Source: Cetorhinus maximus (taxonomy: Eukaryota). Taken from it: 64,000 nt of DNA. How positions within the stretch are numbered: position 1 is the first letter of the stretch; each line of letters begins with the position of its first letter. The position numbers and the translations under genes were made by a program. Location of the stretch: positions 98,270,001-98,334,000 of the forward strand of contig NC_135891.1 in the NCBI RefSeq assembly GCF_964194155.1. The letters are read 5' to 3'. Shown here piece by piece: positions 1 to 13,112 of the stretch. The notes beneath the pieces were generated by a model that saw nothing but the letters and a program-made list of their open reading frames with translations, had not been told where the DNA came from and ran no database searches.

Positions 1-321
1 GAGTGATAAATGTTGGGTAGGGCACTGAGGACTATTCTGCTGGGTTTTTTTTTTGAATGGTGCCATTGGATCTTTTATGGCCGAGAAGCCCAGTCAATGC
101 CTCGGTTTAATGTTTCATCCAAATGACGGTACTTCAGGCAGCACAACCTGCCCAAAGTACTGCACTGGAATGTCAGCCCATATAATGTGGTTAGGTCAAG
201 CGAGGCTACAACATTCTGATTTAGAGGCAAGAAAACAATTAATCATTTGACTTTGATGTGTCAACCCCAAATTACAACTGTATTAATGACCTAACCAAAA
301 CAAACTTGATAAAATACGTAC

Positions 322-556
322 CATCTCCTAAGGCCAAGACTGCTTCTTTACTTCCAATATTCCGCAGGGCAAACATCGCTCTGTATCTGTCGAACAAGGG
401 CAAGGATTCATCCAAGAGAGTTTCCCTCAACTTCTTAATATCTTTCTCCAGAGCTGGGGGAGCAGGATCAATTGAACAGTATTGGCTTTCATTCTGGCCT
501 TTGTTATTTTGAAGCCATTCAATTCGTTTAACTGCCAGCTGACAAGTTTCAGCAAC
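322..556 (-). CDS. DOHH: DOHH (deoxyhypusine hydroxylase) third coding exon; the gene continues left of the window
   Basis: 235-nt exon with ttag| acceptor and |gtacgt donor. Translates VAETCQLAVKRIEWLQ...SIDPAPP...LFDRYRAMFALRNIG...LALGD, matching DOHH HEAT repeats; frame continues from the previous exon. Confidence 0.96.
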
Positions 557-2639
557 CTAAGTATTTCAATACAAATTAACCATTTAAATGAGATATAGGA
601 GAGCCACTTAATCATATTATAAAGGTATCAAAATAAATTAATACAATTCAGTTTCCCAAAAAGAATTGTGGAGAAGCACCGTTCTAAGATTCCATGAAAA
701 TAAACTACCATATGTTCTTGGGCTTCACCAGCGTCTCACAATCCACTGGATATATTACTGCTCGGGCTATCATTTTCTGTAATGGTAGTTAAACAGCCCC
801 AGTAGGGCTGAGGAAGAGAGATAATGTGTGTACTCGTGGGTGTATATTTGCATGTTGTATTGTCCCGCTCTCTCCCCACTTTCACAGGAGTACAAACAGG
901 GTTTTGCCCAGGCTCATTCATATCTGTCATTATGGTGTTGGAATCTGAATCTATAAGACCCAAATCAACATTGTCTGAAGCCGGGCATGTGGGATCTCAA
1001 CAACTGAATTCAAAGCACTTGGCGGTATAGCTGCTATTAGGTCTCATCTGTTCTGCTTAGTGAGCACAGCTTTGTTTTTATAGGTCTCTCATCACTACTG
1101 CATGCTTTCATCCTGTTTTGTTCTTGTGAATCTAAACTGCAACTTTTCTATGGTTCCAATATCTTTTCACTAATGGGACAACCATAGTAGACACAGTAAT
1201 CCAAATACAATTTAACCAATAGCGTATAAAACACAGCTCCACCTCTTTACTTTTGGTCTTAGAACTCATAAGTCTCTATGTTGAGCACAAGCATCAGCTA
1301 GTACTTTTGCTTATTGTGTTTGATGGCTGCACTGTGAAAGAAGAACTTCTTGATACATTCTAATATGGGCTGTTATTCAGAAAGCCACATTACTGTTAGA
1401 GAAACTTATTGCCCTAGCTTTGAATAGGATAATAAGTAGCACTTTGTAAAACACACAACTTTCCCAAATTCTACAGATGTAATTGCATAATTTATTTAAG
1501 CCAAGTGCAAACACAGCTAAATTTGAAATACATCATGAAAATTATTCTGGAAATTGAAAAGCTGTGCACTGAAACACAGCAATCCAAAAATTGGGTTTCA
1601 GATATATTGCTTCACTGTGATCACTGGATAGCATTCTGAAAATGGAATTTTGGTTTAAATTTCTTACTCTAGTCTGAAGCCAGTGCCCCATGTTGCCTTG
1701 GGATCATCCAAGTTGAACACAGAACAGGGCATGTGTTTTGAAATTCTGTACTGCTGTAAACTGAACACATAACAAAGTGGAATCAATAACTTCCAGTCAG
1801 GATCCAGTAACAAAGGCAATAGTTGTTAACCTAGGTCCTTCATGACACTGTTGAAGCCCATTACATCAGGTAGGAACACTCGACAGAGGTAACGTGGGGT
1901 GGGGGAAAGAGGGGAGCAGGGCAAACATCAAAAGAGAAAGGAGTGCTTCAGATAAAAAATGGATCTGAAGCTGTGATGACACTATACAAATACAAGTTGA
2001 CATTAAACAGTTGTTTTCTCCTTTTCTATAGATTTCCAACCTCAATGTACTTTTAGATTATGACTTTCCGTCTAATTATTTCTCCCCTCTCGTGTTGTGT
2101 TGTTCCTGACTTGCATTTGACTCTTGTTGGCATGAAATAGGGAACTTGCCATGGACAATTCCAGGGCTTGGTCTCTTTTTGTTAGCACTTTCCGATTTAT
2201 GTGGATCAGACATGATCTTCGAAGCTCAAGGGCTGGAAAAGAAGTTTGTGTTTGGGGGAAAAGCCACAAGTGTTCTGGCCCTTTTATGTTACAGCTTCTG
2301 TTCCTGGAAAGTCACTGGGTTACTGGCTGGTACAGTCCTATATTCTAGTAAAGGTGATCTAGAACTATGCTTGGCAGCAATGCTGAGATGGGGCATAGTA
2401 CAACCAAGAGGGCTTTTTTAAAAAAAAAAATACGAAATGACCCATAGTTCCATTAAACACTCCTATTACCAAACCCATTTAACAGCCAGAAAATTTTTAT
2501 CCCATGTACCCTCTTCTTTGCTGGGAGTGAACAAGGCCAAATGGAAGCTGAGAACCACACATCAGAAGGAAAAAACAATCAGATGGAAAGTAATATGAAC
2601 TGATCTTGAAGGTGAAAATCCAGAAAAAGGAAGAAAACA

Positions 2640-3230
2640 ATATTTTAAGAAATTGTATTTATATAGCACCTTTAACATCATAAACCATCCCAAGGCGCGC
2701 TACAGGAGCGTTCCTAAGCAAAATTTGTCACCGAGCCACGTAATGAGATATTAGGGTAGATGACCAAAAGCTTGGTCAAAGAGGTGGGTTTTAAGGAGCA
2801 CAGTAAAAGGAGGAAAGAGAGGTAGAAAAATAAAGGTTTACAGAGGAACAATTCCAGAGTTTTAGGCTTTGACAACTGAAGGCACCACCACCAATGATGC
2901 AGCAATTAAAATTGGGAGTGCTGAAGAGGAGGGCAGATCCTGGAAGGTTGTGGGGCTGGAGATTGGGTAGGGAAATGTGAGGGCATGAAGAAATTTGAAA
3001 ACAAGGATGAGAATTTAAAGAGACTTTGCTTAACCAGAAGCCAATTCAGGTCAGTGAGCGCAAGGGCAATGGGTGATCAGAACTTAGTGCGAGTTAGGAC
3101 ACAGGCAGAATTTTGGATGGCATCAAGTTTATGGAGGATAGAATATAAGAGGCTGGACAGGAGTGAGCTGAAATAGTCAAATCTAGAGACAACAAGGTAG
3201 GGATGCAGCTGGGCAATGATAGAGGTGGAA
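2640..3230. mobile_element. Decayed LINE 3' fragment (L2-like)
   Basis: Starts with a ttgtatttatatagcacc...cccaaggcgc tail motif that recurs elsewhere in the window (e.g. ~29500); no intact ORF. Confidence 0.5.
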
Positions 3231-3311
3231 ATGGAGTTTTACTGTTGATGTGGTCAGAAGCTGATCTTAATTAAATTACGCATCTATAAAATGAAATTAA
3301 AATATCCTTAC

Positions 3312-3388
3312 CTCTATTGCTGCATCATGGGAGTAATAGCTCAATATTTCAAGGACCTCTGGTTTTCCAATAGCTCCCAATGCCTCAC
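3312..3388 (-). CDS. DOHH: DOHH second coding exon
   Basis: 77-nt exon, tttcag|...|gtaagg; translates (G)EALGAIGKPEVLEILSYYSHDAAIE, completing the HEAGEALGAIG motif. Confidence 0.96.
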
Positions 3389-3819
3389 CTGAAATATAGT
3401 AACAGTATAAAAAATGCAATACAAATAAATCCCAGGGAAAAAAAACGATAATTTAGACATTTATTAGCTGCAGCAGATTGGGAACTGGCTGAATGACTGC
3501 ACACACAAAGTTGTAGTTGAAAGATATAGATCTGCTTGGAGGCTAGTTACCAATAATTTCCTGCAGGGCTCAGGACTTTTTCATTGATGATTTTGATGCT
3601 TGTGTTGGGGATTGATCTACAAGCTCACATAACACCAAATGTAAAGACTCTTTAGGATGCTCAACCACTAAAAGCAAATCTAGAAATGTCAGAAAAATTG
3701 GCTCATGTTTAGTGAATGCTGTTCAACTTAAAGTATATATAGTGTTATGCACGTGGCAGATAAAAGGCAGAATATGTTTGCACTCTACAGCAACAAAAAG
3801 CCAGTGATGAAAAATAGAA

Positions 3820-4265
3820 AGAAAGACTTGCATTTATAAATCGTTTTTCACGACTATGTGTCGAAGGGCTTTAGAGCCAATGAAGTACTCTAGAGTGTAA
3901 TTACTGTTGCAATGTAAGAAACACTGCAGCCAATTTGTGCTCAGCAAACTCCCACAAACAATGTGATAATGACCGGATAATCTGCTTTTTGTGATGTTGA
4001 ATTACAGAGAAATATTGACCAGGGCAGAGGAAATATCTCCCCTACTCTCCTCCTAGTGCCTAGAGATCTTTTACATCCACCCAAGCAAGCAGATGGGGCC
4101 TCGGTTTAAAGCCCTAAAGACTGCACCTCCAACAGTGCAACACATCCTCAGTATGGCACTAGGGTGTCAGCTTTGACATTTGTGCTCAAGCCTTAGAGTG
4201 GGGCTTGAACCCAGAACCTTGTGATTCAAAGGTGAGTGCGCTATCCAATGAACCACAGCTGACAG
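3820..4265 (-). mobile_element. tRNA-derived/Deu-type SINE copy
   Basis: Similar sequence recurs at ~9935-10500, 1-240 and, in the opposite orientation, ~4900-5210 and ~58230-58600; tRNA-like head (cttgaaccc = reverse B-box) near 4203. Confidence 0.6.
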
Positions 4266-5641
4266 ATAGATGTGGCTGTTTTCATATGTCACTCCCTAAA
4301 AAGCTGCATTATTCTGCATTTGTAACAAGTCATGGCATCTACCCACACAAATGTCCCATTTTAATGTTAACCACTAGCTGATTTCCTTCAGTGTTGTTCA
4401 TAGATAGTTGGAAAACATGAGGCAAGATTGTAATTCACTCGAAACCCATTCACTTAAAAGTGAAAAGTCAGGCCTATGGCGTTTCATAATAAAGTGGATC
4501 TCCAATTATGTTGCAACAGTAAATAAACAATATATTGTTTGAGAGAGGCGTGCTGGTTTTTAAGTACTCAGGAGGGGATGTGAAGCATTTGAGGGCAATG
4601 GCTTGTGGCTAGGGAAGTGAAATGAAGACTTTGGGGAAAGATAGTGAGTACCAGCATATCAGGGGTACGAAGGCAGTCAATAAAGGAACCGAATAGCTGG
4701 GTGCTCAAGAATGGATGAGGAATTAGCATATAGGTATTACTGGTACTAGAGATTAGATATATAGCAAACTCAGATGCAAATCAAACGGAATATTTACATT
4801 TGAAACACAGGCAATGGTAATCAAGTCCTGTACATTTACCTGGGCAGCTTACAACAAGCAATGAGTTTCTAACACTCATATTAGTTATCGTGTTGTCAAT
4901 GATAGAAGGATGCTCAAGTCCCACTCCATGACTGAGGCAGTACAGCATTGTCAGAGATGTCATCTGTCAGATGAGGAGTTACAACCAGGTTCCGTCTGCT
5001 TGTTCAGGTGAATCTAAAAGATTTCACTCCACTACTTGAAGAAAAGCAGGGGAGTTTGCTCAGTATCCTGGCCAATGATTATCCCTCAAACACCACCAAA
5101 ACAGATTAACTCATTATTTATTGCATTGCTAATTGTAACTTTGCAATTGTAATTGTGTTTGCTTGTGTTAACAACATTGATTACATTTTAAAAAGTACCT
5201 CAGTGGCAGAAAAGCAGAGAAATCCTCGGGTAACCCGTTTTAATCTATGAACAACTCCCCGCAACATTGGTTATTTAACCTGAATTTTTACTATTAACAG
5301 AGAATCCAACAGATTCTAAATATTAAGATTTAACCAGTACATATACAGATCCAAAAAACAGATAGCTGTCCAGGAACAGCAGTCAAAAAATATTTACCTG
5401 CTCCAACACCCTACCTCTGGTCTGTCAACCCCAGTCACAGTGTAACTACAAGAACGATCAAACTTTGATTTTATAAGGCGTCTTTCACAACCTTTGGGAT
5501 GCCCCAAAGCTTTTCACAGCCAATGAAACATTTCTGAAGCATAGTCACTATTGTAGTGCAAGAACAACTCATATTTATATGGGAGTAAAGTACATCAGAT
5601 GTTGGAAATCTGAAATAAAAACAGAAAATGCTGGAACATAC

Positions 5642-5904
5642 TGTTGGGATGGTGTTGGTTACATAATGTGCCTATTAAAGTAGTCTTCATTGTCTTCTGT
5701 ACGTTAACAGCAAGTCTTTATTAACTACTTGTAATTATATACAAATATAGTGTACAGGCATGGAGTTATCTCCATGCTAGCTATACATCCCTGGCCAACC
5801 CCACAATGACCCTAGGTCTAAGTCATGTGCCATCTTACATCAGTGTGTGGGCGGTACTGTACAGTCCCACATTAACCCTGTATGTGCCAGACCCTTCCAG
5901 TATA
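5642..5904. mobile_element. Short LTR-like insertion within a SINE tail, 5-bp TSD CATAC
   Basis: Begins TGTTGG; CATAC at 5637-5641 and 5905-5909; interrupts the repeat motif aaatgctggaa-atactca. Confidence 0.45.
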
Positions 5905-6294
5905 CATACTCAACCCAAAAGATTAACTGTTTCCCTCTCTACAGATGTTGAATATGTCCAGCATTTTCTGTTTTGCAATCATATAGTGCCTTTTACATAG
6001 TAAAGCATGGCCCTTCACAGGAGCAATTACTACACAAAATTTGACCTTTAAAAGAGCCTTTCCACATGTTAAATAGTTACTTAATTGGAAGTAAGCATAA
6101 AACTGCCAACAGTAGGCTCCTTGAAATAAAAAAACAAAAAATGTTGGAAATGCTCAACAGGTCAGGCAGCATCTGTGGAGAGAAACAGAGTTGATGTTTC
6201 AGGTCCAGATGACCGGGGGTGATAGAAGGTTGCTCAAGTCCCACTCCATAACTGAGTATATGACCCACCCAGCAGCTCGGTATAGCACTGAGGC

Positions 6295-7155
6295 AGAACA
6301 TAACATAACTAGGAGCAGGAGTAGGCAATTCAGCCCCTTGAGCCTGCCCCGCCATTCATTACGAACATGGCTGATCTCATTTCGGCCTCAACGCCAATTT
6401 CCCGCCCTCTCCCCATAACCTTTCAACCCATTACTAATTAAAAATCTGTCTATCTCTTCAAATTTATTCAGCATCCACTGCACTGAGGTAGTGAATTCCA
6501 CAGATTCACAACCCTTTGAGAAAAGTAATTCCCCATCCCTGATTTAAATCTACCACCCCTTAGCCTAAAACTATGGCCTCTTGTTCTAGAATGCCCCACA
6601 AGGGGAAACATCCACTCCACGTCTATCCCCTTTAGCATCTTATATACCTCAGTTAGATCTCCTCTCATCCTTCTAAACTCTAGCAAGTATAGGCCTAAAC
6701 TGCTCAATCTCTCCTCATAAGACAAGTCCTGCATCTCTGGAATCAATCTAGTGAACCTCCTCTGAACTGCCTCCAGTGTAACTACATCCTTCCTCAAGTA
6801 AGCGGACCAAAACTATGCACAGTACTCCTGGTGCGGTCTCACCAATGCCTTGTACAGTTGCAACAACACTTCCCTATTTTTATACTCTATTCCTTTAGCA
6901 ATAAATGCCAAAATTCCATTTGCCTTCCTTGCTACTTGCGGTACCTGCATACTAGCTTTCAGCGATTCATGTACGAGGGCACCCAGATTCCTCTGCACTG
7001 AAACATTTTCTCCATTTAAATAACAAGTCGCCTTTTTATTCTTCCGACCAAAATGGATAACCTCACACTTGTCCATGTTAAACTCCATCTGCCAAATTTT
7101 GACCCATTGACCTAACCTGTCCATATCCATTCGTAAGTTTCTTGTTTTTTCGTTG
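6295..7155 (-). mobile_element. CR1 LINE 3' fragment (RT C-terminus and 3' UTR)
   Basis: ORFs WQMEFNMDKCEVIHFG...LYKALVRPHQEY and LEAVQRRFTRLIP...YFSQRVVNLWNSLP are typical of the CR1 ORF2 C-terminus. Confidence 0.9.
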
Positions 7156-7326
7156 CAACATCGCAGTGCAGCATTGTCAGGGGTGCCATCAATCAGACGG
7201 AAAGTTACAGTAAGCTGTCACCTCGGCTTGAAACGTCGATTCCCGTCTCTCTCCACAGCGGCTGCCTGAGCTGCTGAGCATTTCCAGCATCCGCAGTATT
7301 TCGCTTTCGCGCGGACACTGCCAGGA

Positions 7327-7520
7327 AGAGTATAAAAATAGGGAAGTGTTGTTGCAACTGTACAAGGCATTGGTGAGACGGCACCTGGAGTACTGTGCAC
7401 AGGTTTGGTCCCCTTACTTGAGGAAGGATGTAGTTACACTGGAGGCGGTTCAGAGGAGGTTCACCAGATTGATTCCACAGATGCGGGGGCTTGTTCTTAT
7501 GAGGAGAGATTGAGCAGCTT
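7327..7520 (+). mobile_element. Short CR1 fragment, inverted relative to the 6295-7155 copy
   Basis: agagtataaaaatagggaagtgttgttgcaactgtacaaggcattggtgagac is the reverse complement of ~6835-6888. Confidence 0.85.
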
Positions 7521-7552
7521 TTGGATACCCGGTGTCCAGCCTCCAGCCTCAC

Positions 7553-7826
7553 CTGCTTCGTGCCTGACCATGGGCTCCTGGCTGAGATCCTGCAGCACCC
7601 GGGTCAGGGCGGGGATAGCGCGCGGGTCCTGCATCTGGCCCAGGCAATAGGCCAGTTCGTGCTTCAGCAGCGCCGACTCGTCCCCGAAGCCCCTGGAGAT
7701 CCACTCGATGGCGAGCGGCCCGCCCAGGTTCCGGAGGGTGAACAGCGCCCGAAACCGCTCCTTCAGCGGCCTCGACACGTCCACCAGCGTCCGCCCTACC
7801 GACTCCACCGCCATCGCGTCCACCAT
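7553..7826 (-). CDS. DOHH: DOHH first coding exon (ATG at 7826)
   Basis: 274 nt: MVDAMAVESVGRTLVD...RFRALFTLRNLGG...SALLKHELAYCLGQM...EPMVRHEA, with two iron-binding HE motifs; donor CAG|gtgagg. Confidence 0.97.
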
Positions 7827-7900
7827 CTTGAAAGGGCCGTGACGCCGGGGGAACCACGTGACTCCAGTCCCCCAGCAGTCTCCGGGGCCAATTGGAATAA
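7590..7900 (-). promoter_or_regulatory. CpG-rich island over the DOHH start exon, with E-box, CRE half-site and CCAAT; candidate DOHH promoter
   Basis: High CpG density against AT-rich flanks; CACGTGAC at ~7855-7862, TGACG at ~7840, CCAAT at ~7888. Confidence 0.55.
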
Positions 7901-8619
7901 CCCATGTAGCTTGGGCCTGGAGGGGTGGCACTGGATGAATCCATAGCGCAGGGGGAGATGCAACCACATTCTCTGGCATTGAGAGCACGTGGGGAAATTA
8001 TACTCAATTCAGTACCTGCAAAAGCACCTATTGCCTCACTTTGATAGAACACTTCATTTTAATTTGTAAAGATCAATAGGAAAATATTACAAAGTAGGTT
8101 TAATTCCCAGTCTGAAGTTAGCTGATCCCAGTTGGGTTTGAGCAGCCTCAATGTTACTGCATTAAGGGAGGAAGGAAAATCAGAGTTTCCTGATTGTGAC
8201 TCTACACACTGGCTCCTCTTAGAAAATGTTTCTGAAATTATGCAGGATGAAGATCCTCCACGTTCAAATAGATTTATGACAGTTGCTATTTGAGTTCATA
8301 CATAAAGCATAGCAAATACTTAGACAAGGTAATGGAAGGCTGATGCACATATGGGATTGTATACCATGAGTAGCACCTTCAACAAGGCACATGCCTGGAG
8401 TGTTATGGAATACTCTCCAATTGCCTGGATGAGTGCAGCTCCATCAACACTCAAGAAACTCGATGCCATTCAAGAAAAAGCAGCCTGCTTGATCAGCAAC
8501 TCACCCATAAACATTCACTCCCTCCACCATCAGTGCACCGTGGGAGCTGTCTGCATCACATACAAGATGCACTGCAGCAACTCCCCAAAGCTCCTTCCAA
8601 ACCTGTGACCTCTACTGCC

Positions 8620-9660
8620 TGTTGTTGTTCATCCCTCAAGGCCAAGATGACCATGTCTATTATCCGGAGTGTTTGCTAAGATTCTGGTAGGTACTGAGGG
8701 CAATCTATGTCTGGAATGTTCTGCTGCAAACAGAACAACATACTGTAGATGATTGAGGTTTGGACAACCTGCTGGCTCAGAATTTCCTCTCCGCCTCTGA
8801 TATTGCGCTTGCTTTTGAAGGAGGCCACAACCTTTTTTATTTGGTTGCACCAGGTGCAGCGATCCTGGACAAGCTCCTCACAGCTCTCAGGGGCAATATC
8901 AAAACTCCTAAATGAAGCCTTCAGAGTGTCCTAGTAGTGCTTCCTTTGACCACCATGAGAGTGCATCACAGACTCAAATTCTCCATTGAAAATTCGCATT
9001 GTTAAGTTAGTATCAGGCATTCTGGCTACACGACAAGCCCAATTCAGTTTGACTCTTTCAATATGGTGTGGATGTTTGGCATTCTAGCTCAAGTGAGCAC
9101 CTCAGTATCTGGTTATTTGTCTTGCCATTGGATCTTCAGAAGGTTCCGAAGGCAGCTCAAATCAAAGTGGTTGAGTATCTTGGCATGACACTGATACACA
9201 GTCCAAGTTTTACATGCTATAGTAGAGTGGACAGGATTATTTCTCTACAGACTTTCTGTTTTGTAGGCAGACATACTCCTCTTCATTCCCAGACTGATAT
9301 TTGCCAAAGGCTACACTTTGGTGATTCTTGCATGTGCCTCGTCATCAATATAGATAGCTCAAGTGAGCATGTTGCCGAGATGAGTGAATCTATCCGCTGC
9401 TGACAGGTTCTGGTCATGGATTGAAACCTTGGGCCCTCGGGCTTCCCTGCAGCAGGCTGATACATTACTTCAGGTTTCTTTGTGCTGATTGTAAAGCCAA
9501 AGCTGTCCCATGCATTGGAGAACAAGCCCATCCTATATTGCATGTCCAGCTCTACCCCAGCAGCTGGTGCACGGTCACCAGCAAAAAGGAAATCGCAAAG
9601 TATGTCCACCTATCACCTAGATAAACAAAGGCAGCAGATGGATGGAAGCATCACTCTGAC
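8620..9660 (-). mobile_element. Decayed RTE-like LINE fragment inserted in another LINE remnant (8375-8615 and 9680-9855)
   Basis: Translation ...DFLFAGD...FGFTISTKKPEVMYQPA resembles RTE RT (LFADD...GLTIS.KKTEVM.QP); the flanks resemble the repeat at 12090-12785. Confidence 0.7.
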
Positions 9661-12089
9661 TTGGAGCTAATAATGCTGTTCCTTCAACTGTTGCTGGGTC
9701 AAAATCCTGGAGCTCCCTTCCTAACAGCACTGAGGGTGTACCTACACCACATGGACTGCAGCAGTTCAAAGAAGGCGGCTCACCACCACCTTCTCAAGGG
9801 CAACTAGATGTGGGCAACAAATGCTGGCCTTGTCAGTAATGCTCACATCCTTTGAAAAATTAAAGAAAGGAGAAAAGGGAAAGAAAATCATTCAGTTCAA
9901 AAATTGAAAATTGATTCATGTAATACAAAATGGATTTGCATTTATATAGTGCCTTTCACATCCTTGTGACATCCCCAAGTGCTTCAGAGCCAATAAAGTA
10001 TTTCTGAAGTGCAGTCACTGTTTTTCTGAAAATAAATGTGGCAGGCAATGTGTGTACATAAAGTCCCAGAACCGCCAATGTGATGGATGTCTAAATAATT
10101 TGTTTTAGTTATGATTGAAGAGCAAAAATGTTGGCAGGGCATCGGGAAGGACCTACCTGGTCTTCAGATAGTGCCTAGGGATCTTTTACATCCACCAGAA
10201 AGCTCTTTTTAATATTTGTTCTTGGGATGTGAGTGTCACTGACAAGGCCAGCATTTATTGCCCATCCCTAATTGTCCTTGAGAAGGTGATGGTGAGCTAC
10301 CTGCAGTACATATGGTGAAGGTACACCCACAGTGCTGTTAGGAAGGAAATCCCAGGAAACATCTCATTCAAAAGACTGCTCTCCAACAGTGCAACATTCC
10401 TTCACTGCACTGAATTATCATACTGGATTATATGCTTAATCACTAGAATACAACATGAACCAGGACCTTCAAACAATGAGGAATGTGCGCTACGGCTGAA
10501 CAATGGTTACATGGTGACCAAAGCTAACAGCAACAAAATTAGTATAAAGACAAAATGTACTCTAGAACATTTACTGTAAAACTCATAGTGAGAGATTTAC
10601 AAATTGCAAGAGGAGGCATTTGAGCTCAACAGGCCACTATGTCATACAGCTAGTGGTGATCTACACACTTCATGTGGCCAGGTTGAAATGTATACTGCTG
10701 AGCAATATTGTCATATGGGGTGTAAATGCTAGTGAGGGTACTTCAGTACAGCCGGGTTAAGAAAGGGGGAAGAAAATCAGCAGGATGCTTGCTCTTATAC
10801 ACTGTTCATTGACTTCTGTTAGAAAGGATACATGGATGTCACTAGGGAATCAGGCACAGCTGTAATGTCTCAGATTGAATAGCCTGCCAAAATTCAGTTT
10901 TTGTTTACACACAAAGATTTGGCACCCTTTCTGTTGCACTCCTACACAGGATAAAAACACTTGCCAGCCTGATAGGTGATCTTTGTCTTCTCTATTGCAA
11001 CCATTCCAGTTTGTTTTATTAATACTACTATATTCAATGTCTTTATAAACATTGTGCTTTTATTGCACCTCGGCTGCATATATGCTGCTCCACATGCTTT
11101 CTCTTCATCCTGCACTATCTTGTTTCCTAAAATCAATACTCATTACAATTTTGAATACCTGTAGTCTAACTCATTCTCAGAACCTCTAAGCATTCATTAC
11201 CTACCCCAGTCTTACCTTTCTCCAACCATCTACAGGTTATTAATGGTCAAGCATGAGCTCACTTAAAACACTACTTATGGGGATCATAAAAATTAAAGCA
11301 TAAAATAGAGTTGCTGACCTCTTGTGTCTCTGATCAGGTTATCCCTTCAAATTAATCATTATATGCTAATTCTTTTCTCCTGTTCCTTCACTATATCATT
11401 CTACATTTTCCTTTTCAAATTCTTATACAATTTTCATCTAAATTGTCTTATTCATTCTGTTGTAAGTCACTGTTCTGGTGCTAATACATTTCCATATAAA
11501 ATAAATCATGCCCCCACCCTTCCGATTCCTCCAATGATAATCCTGCACCTCTCTTTTATCATAGATCTTCCAACAATTGGAAACAATCTTTTACCACTCA
11601 CCCTCTCAATATCTTCCAAAGTTTTGAAAACTTCAAATTCCTCACCCTACGTCCAAGGAGAAAACCCCAATTTTTAAAGCTTATTTTCATAATTATAGAA
11701 TTGCATTTTTATCATTTTAGTGGATCTTAGTTTTAACTTTTCCATGTCTTCTTTCTCTAATGGCTACAGGACAGAAGGAGACCATTTGTCCTGTCGAGTC
11801 CATGCTGACCCTCTGCAAGTGCAGTTCAGCTAGTCCCACTCCTCTGCTCTTTCCCCATAACCTTGAACATTTTTTATCTTCAGGTGTTTATCCAATTCTC
11901 TTTAGGAAGCCACAATTTAATCAGCCTCCATCACACTTGCAGTGCGTTTGAGACCTCAACCATTTGCTTTGTGAAAAGTCTTTTCTCGTGTCGTCTTTGG
12001 TTCTTTTGTCAATCACTCTGAATCTGTGTCCTCTGGTTCTTGACCCTTCTGCCAAAGGGAATAGTTTCTCTCTATCTACTCTGTCTAGG

Positions 12090-12785
12090 CATTACCATCA
12101 CTGAATACCCCTCTATCAACATCCTGTGGGTTACCATTAATCAGAAACTGAACTGGACCAGCCATATAACTAATGTCGCTACAAGAGCAGGTCAGAAGCT
12201 GGGAGTTCTGTGAGGATTAACTCATCTCCTGACTCCCCAAGGCCTGTCCACCATCAACAAGGCACAAGTCAGCAGTGTGATGGAATACTCTACACTTGCC
12301 TGGATGAGTGCAGCTCCAACAACACTCAATAAGCTCAACACCATCCAGGACAAAACAGCCTGCTTGATTGGCATCCCATCTATCGCTTTAAACATTCACT
12401 CCCTCCATCATCAACATAGTGGCAGAAGTGTGTACCATCTACAAGATGTACTGTAAAAACTCACCACAGCTCCTTCAACAGCACCTTCCAGACCCGCAAC
12501 CTCTACCACCTAGGACATGGGCAGCAGATGCATGGGAATATTACCACATGCAAGTTCCCCTCCAAGCCAAACACCACCCTGACTTGGAACTATATTGCCA
12601 TTATTTCACTGTCTCTGGGTCAAAATCCTGGAAAGCCCTTCCTAACAGCACTATGAGTGTACCCACGCCACATGGCCTGTAGTGGTTTAAGAAGGCAGAT
12701 CACCACCAGCTTCTAAAGAGCCAGTAGGGAAGGGCAATAATTGCTGGCCTAGCCAGCGATGCCCACACCCCATGAAAGAATAATT
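12090..12785 (+). mobile_element. LINE 3' fragment (L2/CR1-group-like)
   Basis: RT C-terminal remnant (...KAQVSSVMEYSTLAWMSAAPTTLNKLNTIQDK...), repeated at 8375-8615. Confidence 0.65.
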
Positions 12786-13112
12786 AAAGACCCCCCATGA
12801 CCTTGAATAGCTATATCAAATCTCTCAACCATCTTTTCTATAAGGAGAACAACCCCAGCTGCTCCAATCTATCTATGTAACTGAAATCCCTCATCCCTGG
12901 AACCATTCTAGTAAACCTTTTCTGCAGCCTCTCCAAAGCAGTTACTTACTTCCTAAAGTATACAGCCCAGAATTGGGCACAATACTCCTGTTGAGACCAA
13001 ACCAGTGTCTTATAAACATTCATCATAACTTAATTGCTTTTGTACTCTATGCCTCAATTTATAAAACTCATGATCCTATAAGCCTTTTTAAGCACATTTT
13101 CAATTATTCCTG

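Noticed and set aside
700-1200. Short ORFs in the DOHH intron
   Set aside because: No recognisable motif or consistent splice signals; cannot be supported as coding.
4190-4265. tRNA-like boxes (also ~47825-47910 and ~58200-58260)
   Set aside because: Degenerate heads of SINEs; no complete cloverleaf visible.
7827-7988. N-terminal extension of DOHH suggested by the ORF track
   Set aside because: DOHH similarity starts at the ATG at 7826; the upstream frame has no recognisable similarity and is kept only as part of the speculative shared-exon model.
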